DNA of 60,000 nucleotides, taken from NCBI GenBank assembly GCA_044892525.1, contig CM097885.1, positions 49,664,001 through 49,724,000 on the forward strand. Reading direction: 5' to 3'. Made by a program: the position numbers and the translations under genes. This DNA is from Schmidtea polychroa. Its lineage: Eukaryota. Positions 27,005-38,500 of the stretch are shown here, piece by piece (position 1 is the stretch's first letter; each line of letters begins with the position of its first letter). Below the pieces are notes generated by a model. The model worked only from the letters and a program-made list of their open reading frames with translations, was not told the DNA's origin and did no database searches.

Positions 27005-27991
27005 TTAATAAAATTCGGTTGTTCGGGATCTCGTCTCGATGACGGCTCTGGTTTCAATGTTTGGGGAAGATTTGAAGTAGCTTGGTTGGTTCGTTGTTTG
27101 GACTAGCTGTTCTTCTATTGGGATACGAATACTTCTTGATTGTTCCTTTAGTTTGAGGGTTTTGTTTCTTTCTTTACTGGAATTGGGTTTGAGTGCAATC
27201 AGGCTCAGTACGGTGATGTTTATCATTAGGCTCGCCGCTAATAGGATCAATATTGTGAGGGATTCAGACTCTCTCGGTTCTATTACTTTGGGTTTGTTCA
27301 TAATTTCTTTTAATTGGGTTGTATCCGCCGTTATTGATTTTTCGGGCTTATTGAATTTGTTTTCTTCTGAGGTGACAACTTTCTTTATTGCCTCAAGGGT
27401 TTTAATCATCTTCTCGGAGTTCGTTGGGTTTTTGTTTATGGTAGTTAGGATTTCCCTTGTCATTTCTTTCAAGGTTTTCGTTACCTCATTTTTAATGCTG
27501 GGTTCCTCTTTGATGATGGAAGTTATTTTTCCTTTCATTTCCTCCAAAGATTTTACTACTGTTTCGCAATTGCTTGAACGTCCATAGGCGGTTGCTGTTA
27601 CCTGTTGTTTTATTTCCTCTAATATTATTACCATCATTCTCATTGCGGCTGGATCTGTTTGGGATTCTCTCTTTGATTTCTGACTTTGACATTGTTTGGC
27701 TAATGTTGCTATCTGGGTTCTGATAACTTTCATTTCTTGTTCTAACATTGTTTTTATTGTCTGAGCCATTTGCACTTCCGTCGAACTTTCAGTTGTTTGT
27801 GGACATTGCGAACATTGTAACTTGATTTGTTCGCATTCCTCATTGGGTTTTTCGCAGATCGATTTAAAGCTACTACATGTACTATCTTCTCTGCGATATG
27901 GGTATTCTTTCTGGCATCTGATCATTGATTCTTCTGCTTGCAGGATTTTTGGCATTGTCATTATAATCATCATCACGATTAGGCTTCTCAT
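27005..27991 (-). CDS. Accessory type I membrane protein of unknown function (328 aa)
   Basis: Hydrophobic N-terminal signal, Cys-rich segment, coiled coil, TM segment LTILILLAASLMINITVLSLIAL, basic tail. Confidence 0.8.
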   Translation of the reverse strand: MRSLIVMMIIMTMPKILQAEESMIRCQKEYPYRREDSTCSSFKSICEKPNEECEQIKLQCSQCPQTTESSTEVQMAQTIKTMLEQEMKVIRTQIATLAKQCQSQKSKRESQTDPAAMRMMVIILEEIKQQVTATAYGRSSNCETVVKSLEEMKGKITSIIKEEPSIKNEVTKTLKEMTREILTTINKNPTNSEKMIKTLEAIKKVVTSEENKFNKPEKSITADTTQLKEIMNKPKVIEPRESESLTILILLAASLMINITVLSLIALKPNSSKERNKTLKLKEQSRSIRIPIEEQLVQTTNQPSYFKSSPNIETRAVIETRSRTTEFY

Positions 27992-28067
27992 CTTTACATA
28001 TACATATATGTTAATAATAATTACTTGGCTTTATTTACAATTTATTTACACGGTTATTTTGTCTCAT

Positions 28068-28853
28068 TTATTGGGAGCCACCGACCTCATCCCTTAATTT
28101 TACGGGAGGTTCAGGTGCTCGTCTTTTGCTCAACTCGTTCATTCTTATTACTTCGAGTTGCGTTGCTATCAACTGTCTCTTTAATTCTGGTATTTCTTGT
28201 AATTGCTTCTCTTTACTTTTCCATTTTCTCTGCTTGATGGTTATTGCCGTCTGCAATGCTTGCATGCTTCGTCGTTTTTGATTTAAGATTCTCCGGTAAT
28301 TTTCTTTCAACTTCCATTGTTTTTCTGTTTCCTCTCTTTGTTCCTTGATCTCTTCCTTGAGTTTTACATTTCTCTTCTCGACTTTTTTACTTTCTCGCAC
28401 TCTTGTTTTTGCATAAGCATATTGTGCTTCTAACTGCTCGATATAGACTTGGTCGATATTCACAATCTTTTTCAACTTCCTTGTTTCTGATTTCCAATAA
28501 TCTTCGATTACTGCCTGAGCTCTCAACTCTACTATCTCTTGTCTCAGGTTTTTATTTTCTGTCTCTTTTCGTTTCGATTCCTTTATTTCCCTCAAAATTT
28601 CTTGCTTGACAGTGTTTATTAATCGTCTTGATTGAACAATATGCTGCCTCAATCTCGTAATCTCTACATTTTGATTTGCAATCTTTAATTTGAACAACTT
28701 CTTGCTGACTCTCCATTTATTGCTATAATATTTCATCGGTTCTTGTTTGATTGGTATCATATCCTGGTTTTGTTCAGGTTGGTCGTTTGACTTTCCTTCG
28801 TTACTCGTTGATTCTCTTTCTTTTAAATAATTCATATCTACAAAAATATACAT
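28068..28853 (-). CDS. Accessory basic coiled-coil protein (likely start is the second ATG at 28834)
   Basis: 261-codon ORF rich in K/E/R/Q heptads; tttttgtAG|atATG precedes Met7. Confidence 0.75.
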   Translation of the reverse strand: MYIFVDMNYLKERESTSNEGKSNDQPEQNQDMIPIKQEPMKYYSNKWRVSKKLFKLKIANQNVEITRLRQHIVQSRRLINTVKQEILREIKESKRKETENKNLRQEIVELRAQAVIEDYWKSETRKLKKIVNIDQVYIEQLEAQYAYAKTRVRESKKVEKRNVKLKEEIKEQREETEKQWKLKENYRRILNQKRRSMQALQTAITIKQRKWKSKEKQLQEIPELKRQLIATQLEVIRMNELSKRRAPEPPVKLRDEVGGSQ

Positions 28854-28969
28854 ATCATATTTCCTTTTGTCTTCTTTTTATTCTGAATTTTTTGGTTTTG
28901 TAATTTTTATTTGGTTTTGGTTTTATGTTTTTTTTTTTTTTTTTATTTACAGGCAACATCTCCCTTCGA

Positions 28970-30568
28970 CTAACTCCATGTTGCGTTATTTTGTTCGTTA
29001 TTTTCATCGAAGCCTTCATCTGTGGTGACTTCGGCAGGCTGTGGCACTTGCAACGGGAACGGGTAGAGTGGCATTAATAATATTGGTGGTTGTCTCCTTA
29101 ACCGATCTATTTCCTCTCGTAGTTCCGTTGAGATGTTTATTTCCTCATCCAATAAAAACGTTAATCTACCTTCGTTTTCTATCATTTCGTTTAATTCCTC
29201 TTCCAATCGTTGGGTTCTTTCGAGCGTTTTTAGTTTCTCAATTTCCGCTCTCAAATTTGCTTCATTTTCTTCGAAGCATCGTTTTATTATCTCGGTTTCC
29301 TGTTTGGTTTGTTGAATTGTCTTGTCGCACTCCTCTCTATATTTCGCATTAAGCTCAATCTGGTGCTTCCAATTCACATCCCTTTGGGTGTACATACCTT
29401 TATATCCGTTCATCTCTTGATTGGCTTCTTCCACTTCGGTTTGTAATTGTCGGATCTGTCGATCTTGGTCTGTCAATTGTTGTTCCCATCTCTTTTCCTG
29501 GAATTCATACCTTCTTATTTCTCGAGTCTGTTTCTTTATGATTCTCTGTCTACCGTCGCTGATCCGCGTCTTGATTCTATGTTCTCTACTCAATCGGCTG
29601 ATCTCATCTTTTTGGTTTTCTATCGTTTCCCATATTTTAAATTCGTCTCTTTCCATCAGTTTTATTGGTAACTGTCTTAACTCCTCTTTGGTCTCTTTCC
29701 AATTCTTTTTCCATTTTCGGGCTTGATGCTTGAGACACTTTTCGGTTTCCTCAGTTTTCTGCTGTCGTTTTCTCCACTCTACTTCCTCTTCTTCTCGCTG
29801 TGCAGCTCTTGTTTCGTAAAATTCTTGGTCTGCTTTTCGTAATCGCAGTTGTTCCTTGCTACTGATTTTCCAATAGAGCACTTGAGTTTGACTTCCTAGG
29901 TATTTATACTTCCATTTCTGGGCTTGTATCTTTATTTGTGTGTTAATTCGCTCTAATACGTTATCTCTAACAATTGGTTCTCTATGCGGTGTTCTCCTCC
30001 CTTGCCCTCTGACTTCGTTTAGGGTCTTTTTGCATCTTTCCCATTTTTCTTTCATCATTGCGCATTTGCCCTTTACTTCTTCTAGTTCGGCCTTGTAATT
30101 CCGTATTTGATGTTCGTGACTATCATTCTGCCTTGTCTGGAGGGTTTCGTACTTTAGTTTCCATTGTTGCGCTTGTAGTTTTATTCGTTCCGTTTTACGC
30201 TGTTCCTCCTCGTATTGCTCCTTTGCTTCCCTAATTTGTGCCTTCTGCATTATTATCTCTCCGCATAACCCAACTATCTCCATAATCCGCTGAGTTCGTA
30301 AATTCGAGAGCTCTTCCTCCAATTCTTGGTATGTTGAGGTATTTCTCACATCCTCGGTTAATTCCTCTACCTGTTTCATCCACTCCTCCTTTGTTGCTAG
30401 TGCTTCCGCCTTCTCCGCTTCTAATTCTTGTTGCTTTTTCTCATACATGGTTTTGTACATTTCTATTTCTCTCTTTACTCTTTCTGCTTCGTATGTTTGT
30501 ATGATGGATTTGTACTGTTCGAGTTGTTGCATCTCGGTTTCCACATAGGTTTGTGATTCTTTATTCAT
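28970..30568 (-). CDS. Accessory long coiled-coil protein (532 aa)
   Basis: Long ORF with E/K/Q/R-rich heptads and internal repeats of the type IKLQAQQWKLKY / IKIQAQKWKYKY / LKHQARKWKKNW. Confidence 0.85.
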   Translation of the reverse strand: MNKESQTYVETEMQQLEQYKSIIQTYEAERVKREIEMYKTMYEKKQQELEAEKAEALATKEEWMKQVEELTEDVRNTSTYQELEEELSNLRTQRIMEIVGLCGEIIMQKAQIREAKEQYEEEQRKTERIKLQAQQWKLKYETLQTRQNDSHEHQIRNYKAELEEVKGKCAMMKEKWERCKKTLNEVRGQGRRTPHREPIVRDNVLERINTQIKIQAQKWKYKYLGSQTQVLYWKISSKEQLRLRKADQEFYETRAAQREEEEVEWRKRQQKTEETEKCLKHQARKWKKNWKETKEELRQLPIKLMERDEFKIWETIENQKDEISRLSREHRIKTRISDGRQRIIKKQTREIRRYEFQEKRWEQQLTDQDRQIRQLQTEVEEANQEMNGYKGMYTQRDVNWKHQIELNAKYREECDKTIQQTKQETEIIKRCFEENEANLRAEIEKLKTLERTQRLEEELNEMIENEGRLTFLLDEEINISTELREEIDRLRRQPPILLMPLYPFPLQVPQPAEVTTDEGFDENNEQNNATWS

Positions 30569-30650
30569 TGTCTAAATAATTACACTATTACTACCACTAT
30601 TATTTCATACATTTATTATCTACACTTTATACACGGAATTTTAATTTTTG

Positions 30651-31829
30651 TTATTGATCGGCGTAGCGGAATCCTTTGATTCGCTGCGCAATCCTCTGTC
30701 TGCACATCGGACATTCCTTTACTTTTCTACTACATGTGGCACATGCGATCAAATGTCCGCATGGCATATGAATAACTTCTACACTCCTCTCCCAACACAT
30801 AGTACATTTGATATCTCGTAAGATAGCTGTTTTGACCATTGATTCTTCTTTTATTTTTGTTTCAGGTTTTTCTCTATACTGGGTTATCGCTCTGATCATA
30901 TCGTACGTTGTTGTTGGTATATGTACATTTTTCTGTAGTTTCTCTCTAATCATGTTCTTTGCCCTTGTCGTGCCTATTCCGGCTGCTTTCAACGCTCTGC
31001 ACATGTTGGGTTTGTCTACCACTTCGTCAACCTCTTCCTCTGTTACTAGTACTTCCGGATATTCGGTTTCTTGTTCGTTGTGATATAGGCACCATGCTTG
31101 ATGTCTAATTTCTGGTATGCCTTCTTCCGGTAATCTCTGTTGGCTTTCGCATCTTTCACACTTTAGTATTTGATTTTCTGTTAGGTAGAACCCTCTTATT
31201 GCTAATTCAGGTCCTCTCGTATCATCTCCGAACGTTTTCATTCTATTATCTGCTATTTGCGTGAGGAATTCCCCTTCACAAGTTGGAACATACTCATCAA
31301 CGATTCTGGTTATCGCGATGCTCATTTTCCCTCCTTTTTCGTCTTCAGTTTTCAATTTCTCCAAGGCTTCGTATTTGATTTCCGGTTTGTTGTGTACATC
31401 AAATCCCAGTACGAATAGACAAGTTGGGAATCGTCTACGATGTTCCTCCTTTGGGTGTTCTCCTTTTTTCCATTCTGCTAATTTCCCTTTACAGAAACGA
31501 CACGTTACTTGATCGGGTATCTCTGGTTTTCCGGAGAAGAAAAATCCGTCGCGTGCTAGCGCTCGGCTCTGTTCCTTGGTGAAAATGGTCTGATGTTCAA
31601 ATGACAGATATCTCTGGTTCTCACATCTGAATTGTTCATTATCTCCCAGTTTCAAATTTTCGTGTACCCAATTATAATCGTTTCCCATTCTTCGATAATA
31701 TGCGTAACTACTTGGTTTTGTTTTGCTGACTTCCGCATCCTTCACTCTTTCTCTAGGTGACATATTGTCCTCTTCCTCTCTCATTGTGATCGTTTTCTTT
31801 TGGATATTCGGTCTCTCTTGATTAATCAT
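30651..31829 (-). CDS. IAP (inhibitor of apoptosis)-like protein: BIR, degenerate BIR, RING
   Basis: BIR motif LARDGFFF..DQVTCRFCKGKLAEW..HPKEEHRRRFPTC; C-terminal RING CTMC..PCGHLIACATC..CPMCR. Confidence 0.92.
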   Translation of the reverse strand: MINQERPNIQKKTITMREEEDNMSPRERVKDAEVSKTKPSSYAYYRRMGNDYNWVHENLKLGDNEQFRCENQRYLSFEHQTIFTKEQSRALARDGFFFSGKPEIPDQVTCRFCKGKLAEWKKGEHPKEEHRRRFPTCLFVLGFDVHNKPEIKYEALEKLKTEDEKGGKMSIAITRIVDEYVPTCEGEFLTQIADNRMKTFGDDTRGPELAIRGFYLTENQILKCERCESQQRLPEEGIPEIRHQAWCLYHNEQETEYPEVLVTEEEVDEVVDKPNMCRALKAAGIGTTRAKNMIREKLQKNVHIPTTTYDMIRAITQYREKPETKIKEESMVKTAILRDIKCTMCWERSVEVIHMPCGHLIACATCSRKVKECPMCRQRIAQRIKGFRYADQ

Positions 31830-31969
31830 CTATAATAAATTTCATCATTTCTTTTTACATTTTCTTTTTCTAATTTTTATGGTTTTGGCAAGTTACTTTA
31901 CTGTATACAATAACTTTATATTTACTTTACATCGTTTTTACAAAATATTTACAGTTCCCTTCTATCCGT

Positions 31970-33394
31970 CTATCGTATTTCTATTGTTGGTCCTTCCTCA
32001 TCTAGTTCGATTAGGAAGAATATAGTGTCCTTTTCTATGTAGGACCCTTCATTAAATTGGTATAGCTGCATAAACTCTGCTACTCCTACCGCAGGATTAA
32101 CCTCTGTAATCGGTTTATTCCCTGCTGGACTGGATGCTCGAAAACACATTATATGTGTCTTTTTTGCTCCTAAGAGAGATATTTTTAATCTATGTCGGAA
32201 TGGCCATGCTATTAGGTCGTCAAAATCTCCTTTACAAATTTGCATATATATGGACATGCACCGATCTTTAAACTTTCCTTCACCATTTGGAAACCATCTC
32301 AATTTCATCTTGTATCCATGTTTCTTGGCGTAGAATGGTTTGCTCACTATCGTTGTCTGGATTCCTTGCTTTGCTTGCTCCATTATTTCCGTTATTCCTT
32401 GGATTTTCCACATGTATGGTAGTATTGGTAGTTCCTCTGTTGTCAGTTCCTTTGTAGTCCATTTGGTTTGTAATTTAGTTACTTCGACTAATTTGTCGTC
32501 TAATTTCAACATCCTTTGTGTTACGGCTTCTCTCGTATTTTCGAAGCTTTCCTGTGAGCTCAGCATTTCTTTTATCATGATTTTATGTGATTTGAGTTCG
32601 TCTTTGACGTCTTCAATTGCTCTTGCTGTTAACTCTATTGCTCTCATCATCTTTTGCATGTGCTCGAATGTATTCTCCTCCACATGCTTCTTCATTTCTT
32701 CTGCTGGTAATTGTGCTCTACAGTCGAATGTCACCATTGGGCATTTTATTGCTTTTCTCGTGCATATCTCCCAATGTTCATTTAATCTGACGTTGTTAAT
32801 TTCTCCACACTCGTTTGGGCATTTCCCTGTATATTCGTCGCAAATCCGTCTTTCTACTGCGTTTCGATGTTCCATTTCGATTTCTCTCCAATTAGCAGTT
32901 TCTCCGCAAAATTCGCATTTTTCCGTTCGCGCTTTGCATTCCCCTTTATGTTTGGTTTTCTCTTTTCGTAAAAACTTTACCGTGCATGCTTCGCATTCCG
33001 ATTCTAGATATTCGCATACGTCTGTATGGGCTCTTAACTCCTTTACTCGGCCTGTCCATTCGCATGACCTTTGGGTGCATCTTATTTTCACTTCTCTGAT
33101 TTCTCGGTTCATTGCTCTATCCGGTATCGTACCAGTGGGAACCAACTTAAATGCTTCTCCACATCCTGGACAAGTTTCTCGCTTTAGTCTGGCTAATCTT
33201 ATATCACACCCTCGGCACAATCTACACCCGCATCGAGTTTGACTTGCTCCAATTAATAATCTTCTACATGCTGTATCGGCACATAATAATCTCTCTTCGA
33301 ACTCGTCCGGCTCGGCTTGGTATTTTCTCATCAACTCATAGTTAATCTTTTGTTCCTCTGCTTCTCTCCGGTTTTCCTCTGCTTTGTTTTGCAT
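31970..33394 (-). CDS. TRAF-like protein: variant RING, TRAF zinc fingers, coiled coil, MATH
   Basis: CEWTGRVKELRAH zinc finger, SKPFY..HGYKMKLRWFPNGEG, KGDFDDLIAWPF, YIEKDTIFF. Confidence 0.92.
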   Translation of the reverse strand: MQNKAEENRREAEEQKINYELMRKYQAEPDEFEERLLCADTACRRLLIGASQTRCGCRLCRGCDIRLARLKRETCPGCGEAFKLVPTGTIPDRAMNREIREVKIRCTQRSCEWTGRVKELRAHTDVCEYLESECEACTVKFLRKEKTKHKGECKARTEKCEFCGETANWREIEMEHRNAVERRICDEYTGKCPNECGEINNVRLNEHWEICTRKAIKCPMVTFDCRAQLPAEEMKKHVEENTFEHMQKMMRAIELTARAIEDVKDELKSHKIMIKEMLSSQESFENTREAVTQRMLKLDDKLVEVTKLQTKWTTKELTTEELPILPYMWKIQGITEIMEQAKQGIQTTIVSKPFYAKKHGYKMKLRWFPNGEGKFKDRCMSIYMQICKGDFDDLIAWPFRHRLKISLLGAKKTHIMCFRASSPAGNKPITEVNPAVGVAEFMQLYQFNEGSYIEKDTIFFLIELDEEGPTIEIR

Positions 33395-33483
33395 TCTACA
33401 ATGATGATTTTTAATCTTGGGATTTCTACTTGATTATAACTCTATTTATTTACAGGATTATTTACATTTCACTCCTTTCTCTC

Positions 33484-33939
33484 CTACACATCTACCGTCG
33501 AGTCCGGTTCCCCTGTTCCTGGTAACCCGGTCATCCACTCGACTAAACTGGTAATATCATCATGTTGTCGATTTTCATGCAACCTTCTAATTTCTTCCGC
33601 TTGCCATCTGATTTGGCTTATTAACTGATTGTTATTATACTCTAGTTGCGCGATTATTTGGTGTTGTTCCTCTATTTTTGTAATATATATTGCATTTCTA
33701 TTAATACTCTCTATCAACGCCGTTTGGTTTCGTACCCAGTGCTCTTGAGTCTGATTTGTCAATTGGGTCATTAATTCACACTGTACCCTCCACATGGATC
33801 CTGTTGGCTGACTCGGCTGGTTTGGCACGTTCATTTCCATCATGTCTACTGGATGTACATTCATAAGCGGCTGTTCTCTTACTTCAACAACATGTGGTAT
33901 CCTATTTGGGTGTTCTTGCTCTTCGTTTCTCTGGTTCAT
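33484..33939 (-). CDS. Accessory small Q/N-rich coiled-coil protein (151 aa)
   Basis: ORF in the same tightly packed array, with taaatAG|gaATG at its start. Confidence 0.65.
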   Translation of the reverse strand: MNQRNEEQEHPNRIPHVVEVREQPLMNVHPVDMMEMNVPNQPSQPTGSMWRVQCELMTQLTNQTQEHWVRNQTALIESINRNAIYITKIEEQHQIIAQLEYNNNQLISQIRWQAEEIRRLHENRQHDDITSLVEWMTGLPGTGEPDSTVDV

Positions 33940-34087
33940 TCCTATTTATAATACATGGTCATCATACTTGTTTTTGATTTTTCTACATATTGTTTTAATT
34001 TACTACTTTTATTTTGTACATACTACTACTATTATCACTACTTTTATCATTTCATTTATACATTATTTACAACAACTCCTCCTCTCG

Positions 34088-35580
34088 TTATACCAGTGTC
34101 GCCATGGGGCCGGAATGCAGCGTGCGCATTCCCCCATATCTTTCGTCCGTTATTCGGTATATATCGACTTCGTGTGTCCATTCGTTCGGTGTGGGTATTC
34201 TTGGTAGTTCCGACATCCACAATCCGCTGGATCCGGGATCCTCTACCACCTCGTATTCTTCTAGATTCAGATTCTCTGTTGGAATACCGTATTCAAATTT
34301 TTCCACTTTGGGCCATTTTCTTTGGTTTCTCGGTTTTTGTTTACATCTTTTGGTGGTTCTTATCCACTGAATCATTGCTAACGCTATTATCGTGCTTACT
34401 ATCGCGCTAGTTATCCATATCATCTTTGTGATGATCGTTGTTCCATTATTTGTTTTTTCTGTCGTTAATATTGTACTACCTGTGGTATTTGTTTCTGGTG
34501 CTTTGATTTTCTTGAATGCTTGATGTAATCGTTCCTTCTCTTTTTCTGTTAGGTGACTGTGATTTTCCCGTTTCTCTCCCCCTTCTTGATCTCGGGGTAT
34601 CCACGGTATGTTTATTAATTGGGGTTTTTGTCGAGTTATTGGTTGACATACGCTGGTTCCTCTTCCTTTCTTAAGGATACATACTTGGTATCGTTCTTTC
34701 CGTTTCCCTGTCTCCATTTTAACGTCTGTACCTTTGTCTATCGGTGTTGTTGTACAGTCGATTATTCCCGTCTTATCCATTACACATATCCTTATGATTG
34801 GTTCTCCTTCCTGGTTTTTGACTGTAATTACCTCTTCACCTTTCTTGTTGAGGTTAATAGTTATCTGCACTTCCCGTCTTTCGTCTTTAATTACTTCGTT
34901 AATCCATGTTGTTGTTGTTATTAATTCGGTTTGATTTTGCTCTGTTGTTGTTTTTGTACTAACTGATTTGTTTGGCTTCTTGGTTGTTATCCCCCTCAAT
35001 GGATCTTGTTTCATTGCCATACTCTTTGGCTTGTCTTTTCTTGGTGCAGTTCTTGTTCCTTTACATACTACTATCCCTTGTGTTCCTGCGCATACCACAG
35101 TAGGGGTATTTGGTTTGACCTCTCCCCAGAAGAATTTGTGGTCTTGTGTCATATCAGTTATTATGCATATGTCTCTGTCTTCTCTGATGCATACATGTGT
35201 AATTGATCGACTCCCTTTATCTTCTATTTCGATACCTTCTTCCAAAATGTTGAGTTGAAAATGTACTCCGGTTTCGTTGGCTCTTTCTAGCTCCATTTCC
35301 TCTGTTGATATGTCTCTACAGATGTCATAATCTCCACATAGCCTGGGATCTCTTTTTTGGCTGCTAAAAATCTTTCCTTTTGTTATCGATCTGAAATCAC
35401 AACTTACTCCTGTTCCTTCCATTAGTTGCACACATATTCCGACGGCATTTCCGTCGTAATCACTGACTTTTATCATAAATACTTCACCTTCTTGGGAAGC
35501 TTCTCTTACGATTCTCATATTTTTTGTTTCTGTTAAACAGATGGATGTTAATATTATAAATATTCTTTGTAGTAGGATTG
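34088..35580 (-). other. Polyprotein C-terminal module: internal signal-like stretch, Cys-pair repeats, TM segment, tail
   Basis: ILLQRIFIILTSICLT, about five (I/V)C-x6-10-C units, Thr-rich stalks, TM segment MIWITSAIVSTIIALAMIQWI. Confidence 0.6.
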
Positions 35581-38500
35581 GCTGGATTTGATTTCGACAC
35601 ACTATGCTATGTAGTGGGGACTTTCGTTTTTTGTTCTCCGTTTTGTCGAATCCTTGATCTTCACCTCGACATTGGTCTTCTTCGTCTTCTTCCAATTCCT
35701 CATCATCACTCGTTGTTTCTCCGCCTTCCGGATTCTGTTCTCTGTCGTTTTCCTCTGGGTTGTTATCGTTATCCCCCATCCTTTCGTCGTCGTCGTCGTC
35801 GTCATTCCTCTCACCCGGGGTTTTCCTGAAAATGTCGTCCTCGACATTTGCTGCTTTGATCATCTCCTCGTATTTTTTAATTATCTCTTTTTTGTCGTTG
35901 TGGATACTTTCCCGTTCTTCTTTGGTTCCTTGATATTTCCGTTGTTTCCGGTGCCATTCCCACACTAGTATTTCTAGTTGCTTTTTCATCGCATGTGTTT
36001 TTGTGCATTTCCACCAATTACCTGTCAATTCTGTTCTATTTCTCTGTAATATTGCTTTAATGGTTTTTGGCATTGGTGGTCTTGAGTATATGGCGCTTCT
36101 TAGTACGATATTTTCGTTGTTTTGGAATTGATTTATATCAATTACTTCCGCTCTTAATTCGTTTTGTTTCCATTTGATTAATATTGCTGCGGTTCTGTCT
36201 AAGTTTCCTCTGATGGCTTCCAGAATTGGTTCAATGCTCTGTCCCAACACCTCGGCTTCTTCGGTTGTTGCATTTCCTGTGATAAAGTTCACTATACTAG
36301 GTCTTTTTGACCTGACGGCATAACGTAATACGGTTCGTTGTTTGTTGTCTTTTTCTTTCAGCGTGGATCCCGTTCTTAATAATTCTCTGAGTACATCTCT
36401 TGACGCGCCTATTGCTATGGCTTTCATCAGTGGAGTTTTTCCTTTACTGTTTTTGACGTTTGTTGATTGTTTGCAGTTTTCCATTATTCGTATAATCTCT
36501 AAAGCTCGTTTTTCTTGTCCTGCTTTCACTGCATGATGGATTGGCCAGTTATTACTCAAATCACTTGTTAGGAACATGATTGGTAATCTCCGGATTAGTT
36601 CATATATTTGAGTCGGTATTTGTAATCCTTCGGCATATCTTCGTCCTTTCGCATATCTTTCTGCTACTAACATTAGTTTGCCCAATACTTGGTATTTATT
36701 GGTTATATCGGCCCATTCTGGTACAATTTCTCGTGCTATTTTTACTGTCATATTCCATGTTGCTTGGCTCCTTGCCATTGCGTCAGCTTCGCTTTCTGCT
36801 TCAGTTCCTTTGTGGGCGCTGCTGCTTGTTTCTCCTCTCAACATGAATATTCGTCTTGTCTGTGATCTAGTTAATCTACCGCTTACTTCTGGTTCCGTTG
36901 TGGCATTTGTTTGTGATCTCGTGATTATCCTTCTTGTTTCTGAGTCTTTAGTGGCGGTTTTCGCTACTGCTTTGCATCGACATGTATTCACATAAATGGG
37001 TCTAATTAGTGGATTGTTAACCAACTTCACTCTAACGTTGTTCTCGTTTACATAGATGATTTCATATGGCCCTCTGCCATTACGTTGTAATTTCTTTGCT
37101 GTTCCTGGGATTAATTCGGGTGTTTCTATAATAACCCAATCTCCGATTTTAAATTGATGGTTTTGCACGTTCTTCTTTTTATCATGTAATTCCTTATAAC
37201 TCTCTTGGTTGAATCGGATGTTCATCCCTGTGGTTTTCCATATTTCTTGCATTCTCTCCTTGAACTTTGTCACATAATCATCTATCTCCATATATTGTGA
37301 GATTGGCGGTTGGTATTCGAGATCCATCGGCATGTTGCATTCCCTTCCATACATGAGTTTAAACGGACTCATTTTCGTTGCTGAGTGTATTGACATTCGA
37401 TAAGCCATTAGACACAACTTAATATATTCATCCCAGTCCTTTTGATGTTTACTCACGTAATTGGACATCATGTCTATTAGTATGCCGTTAAATCTTTCTG
37501 TCTGACCATTCGTTTGCGGGTGGTATGGTGAGGTTCTCAATTTGGCAATTCTAAAATAATTTGTCACTTCATTTATTATCTCGCTCATGAAATTAGTTCC
37601 TTGGTCAGTTAAGATTTGTTTTGGTGTTCCATATCTGCAGCAGATCTCTTCCACTAATATCCTTGCAACCGTTCGTGCTTTCTGGTCTGGCATCGCAAAT
37701 GCTTCAGGGAACTTAGTCAGATAATCAGTTATTACCAATATATACACATTTCCACTGTTAGTCTCTGGTAGTGGTCCAACTACATCCATTGCAATCATTG
37801 TCATCGGTTCTGGCGGTATCGGCATTGGTTTCAATGGTGGCTTTAGTTTACTGCCCGTTGTTTTTCTGGTTGCGCATATCAGGCAGTTCTTTATCCATTC
37901 TTTCACGTCATCGCTCATATTTGGCCAGTAATATTTCTGTTTGAGCCTTGCTTCTGTTTTCTTGGCTGACATATGTCCGCCCAATTTACCATCGTGGTAT
38001 TGAATCATAATTTCTTTCCGTCTACTTTCTGGTAGACACATCAATCGTTTGTCGCCATCCATTACCAATAGCCATCCTTTCTCGATCGTATATCTGTGAC
38101 GATTTTTCTCCATGTGTTCTTTTAGTCGATCATCGTTGTTGAATATTTTCATATCGTTTTTTTCCAGGAACTCAATTATTAGTTTTAATTCATTGTCTTC
38201 CTTTTGTTCGTTCTTTAGATTGGTAAAATCGATATCTTCCGCGATTATCAGGCATATTCGTCTGACGTCATGATCCATGAGTTCTTCAAATACAAATCTC
38301 GACATGCAGTCTGCATTTGCGTTTGCTTTTCCTGACTTGAATTTGATGTATGGGGAATATTCTTGTAACTGCATTGCCCATCTCATCAATCGACTAGATG
38401 CCTCTTTATGTTGGCCCAACCAAACTAGAGGTTGATGGTCCGTAGTAATAATTATCTCGTGTCCCCATAATAAATATTTGAAATGTTTTATCGCCTGAAT

